A stretch of DNA of 64,000 nucleotides from Chrysomallon squamiferum. Its lineage: Eukaryota; Animalia; Mollusca. Made by a program: the position numbers and the translations under genes. This document shows, one piece after another, positions 62,967-64,000 of this stretch; the stretch's first letter is position 1, and each line of letters opens with the position of its first letter. The stretch lies in the NCBI GenBank assembly GCA_012295275.1, contig CM022672.1:20398001-20462000 (forward strand). Direction: 5' to 3'. Below the pieces are notes generated by a model. It did not search any database and was not told where the DNA came from. It saw only the letters and a program-made list of their open reading frames with translations.

Positions 62967-63660
62967 AATAAATAAATAAATAAAAAAAAAAATAAAAAAA
63001 AAAAAATAAAAAACCACAGTAATCATAATAAAATTTAACAATATTTCTTATTTAATATCTTATAATTATATTTTATGTCATTTTATGCTATTCCATCCTC
63101 CCGTACCTTTCCCTCCGTTATTGCCATTCCATCCTCCCGTACCTTTCCCTCCGTTATTGCTATTCCAACCTCCTGTACCTTTCCCTCCGTTATTACTGTT
63201 CATTCCTCCTGTACCTCTTCCTCCATTATTGCTATTCCATCCTCCTGTACCTCTTCCTCCGTTATTGCTATTCCATCCTCCTGTACTTTTCCCTCCGTTA
63301 TTACTATTCCATCCTCCTGTACCTCTTCCTCCGTTATTGCTATTCCATCCTCCCGTACCTTTCCCTCCGTTATTACTATTCCAACCTCCTTACTATTCCT
63401 CTTCCTCCGTTATTACTGTTCATTCCTCCTGTTCCTGTCTGTACCTCTTCCTCCGTTATTACTGTTCCAACCTCCTGTACCTCTTCCTCCGTTATTACTG
63501 TTCATTCCTCCTGTTCCTCTACCTCCGTTATTACTGTTCATTCCTCCTGTTCCTCTACCTCCGTTATTGCTGTTCCAACCTCCTGTACCTCTTCCTCTGT
63601 TATTACTGTTCCAACCTCCTGTACCTTTCCCTCCGTTATTACCGTTCCGTCCTCCATAAC
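59621..63660 (-). CDS. 5'-incomplete multi-LU (three-finger) protein with Gly/Asn/Trp 12-aa repeats and Gly/Met-rich tail
   Basis: Exons: ~63445-63660 (repeat exon, acceptor at 63661), 62594-62791 (LU first half IKCYECNSAGPNTLCPADGNLVVGLLSTAECSGSC), ~61426-62271 (LU second half ILRGCSDQIWTPPGQDLPTDGCTTIDGEQICFCSQELCN + 16 GG(K/R)GTGGWN(S/G)NN units), 61010-61186, 60671-60856, terminal 59621-59748 (GNSPNSGGRTSSNGCCGGNNGRPGTMGGMGGAGMMGGAGGD*). All junctions are phase 1. The exact donors inside the repeat arrays are uncertain, and the start lies beyond the window. Confidence 0.78.
59911..60371 (+). mobile_element. Degenerate Tc1/mariner (pogo/Tigger-like) MITE
   Basis: Imperfect ~26-nt TIRs (ACTGTTGACCCTAGATTTTACGGAC and GTCCGTGAAATTGCGGGTCGACAAT) in TA-rich flanks. 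Internal sequence is shared with 45425-45545. Confidence 0.6.
61315..62005 (-). repeat. 36-nt coding minisatellite (16 full units plus degenerate intronic remnants)
   Basis: Minus-strand unit GGAGG(G/A)A(A/G)AGGTACAGGAGGATGGAA(T/C)(A/G)G(T/C)AATAA(C/T), encoding GG(K/R)GTGGWN(S/G)NN. Degenerate copies continue at 61315-61400. Confidence 0.93.
63085..63655 (-). repeat. Second 36-nt minisatellite array of the same family (~16 units), with two frame-breaking insertions
   Basis: Same unit as 61409-62005. Out-of-frame insertions at ~63431-63440 and ~63391-63396; the first creates an in-frame TAA at 63413-63415. Confidence 0.9.
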
Positions 63661-63695
63661 CTTTTACAGTAAGAACAACATCAAGAACAACACCA

Positions 63696-63772
<77 letters not shown>

Positions 63773-64000
63773 TTTGATTTTAGATTTACAAACAATAACA
63801 AATAAATATATATTTTGTCTTTTTTAAAAGCTTTGATTTAGTTTTATTCTGAGCCGTTGTTGATTTTTTCTTCTTATACAGTAATAACTGAAGTATTAAT
63901 GAGGCAATGGTTTTTAAAAAATATTTTTTAAATATAAAATATAAACTATATGAATAAATAACGTATATTACATTATATTATGTGTTTATATTACGCTACA

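Noticed and set aside
61409-63655. 36-nt direct repeats resembling a CRISPR repeat length
   Set aside because: Units are contiguous with no unique spacers, lie in a spliced eukaryotic gene, encode a 12-aa repeat, and no cas genes are present.
61357-63672. Long alternative-frame and antisense ORFs (PSSCT.., FHPPVP.., EEEVQEDG..) over the repeat arrays
   Set aside because: A stop-free 36-nt unit stays open in several frames automatically; only the Gly/Asn/Trp frame is continuous with the LU domain and splice sites.

Overview
AT-rich, microsatellite-dense, intron-containing animal genomic DNA (invertebrate; lophotrochozoan or mollusc-like by inference only). Every gene I could build is on the minus strand, and most short ORFs in the supplied track are microsatellite noise. 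From left to right: (1) a complete 23-coding-exon LRSAM1 orthologue (LRR-coiled coil-SAM-PSAP-RING, 737 aa, 3747-16076). (2) A complete 14-exon SLC5A/SGLT-family sodium:solute symporter (644 aa, 18906-25513) with a GC-AG last intron. (3) A cluster of genes sharing one type of 10-Cys Ly6/uPAR (LU, three-finger, quiver-like) domain, none with a GPI-anchor signal, each fused to a different partner. These are a 15-exon, 662-aa secreted protein with three DUF19-like Cys-rich modules, Thr linkers and a C-terminal LU (38148-50655), whose 3' end is tandemly duplicated in a ~7 kb block that breaks mid-exon; an LU with a ~190-aa Arg/Asn-rich basic tail (55790-57005); and a 5'-incomplete multi-LU gene with 36-nt arrays encoding GG(K/R)GTGGWN(S/G)NN (59621-63660). 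Those arrays straddle exon-intron boundaries and carry in-frame splice-donor-like sites in every unit. Also present are hAT and Tc1/mariner-type MITEs and several local tandem duplications. Gene models were read by eye from splice sites and phase continuity; no searches were run.
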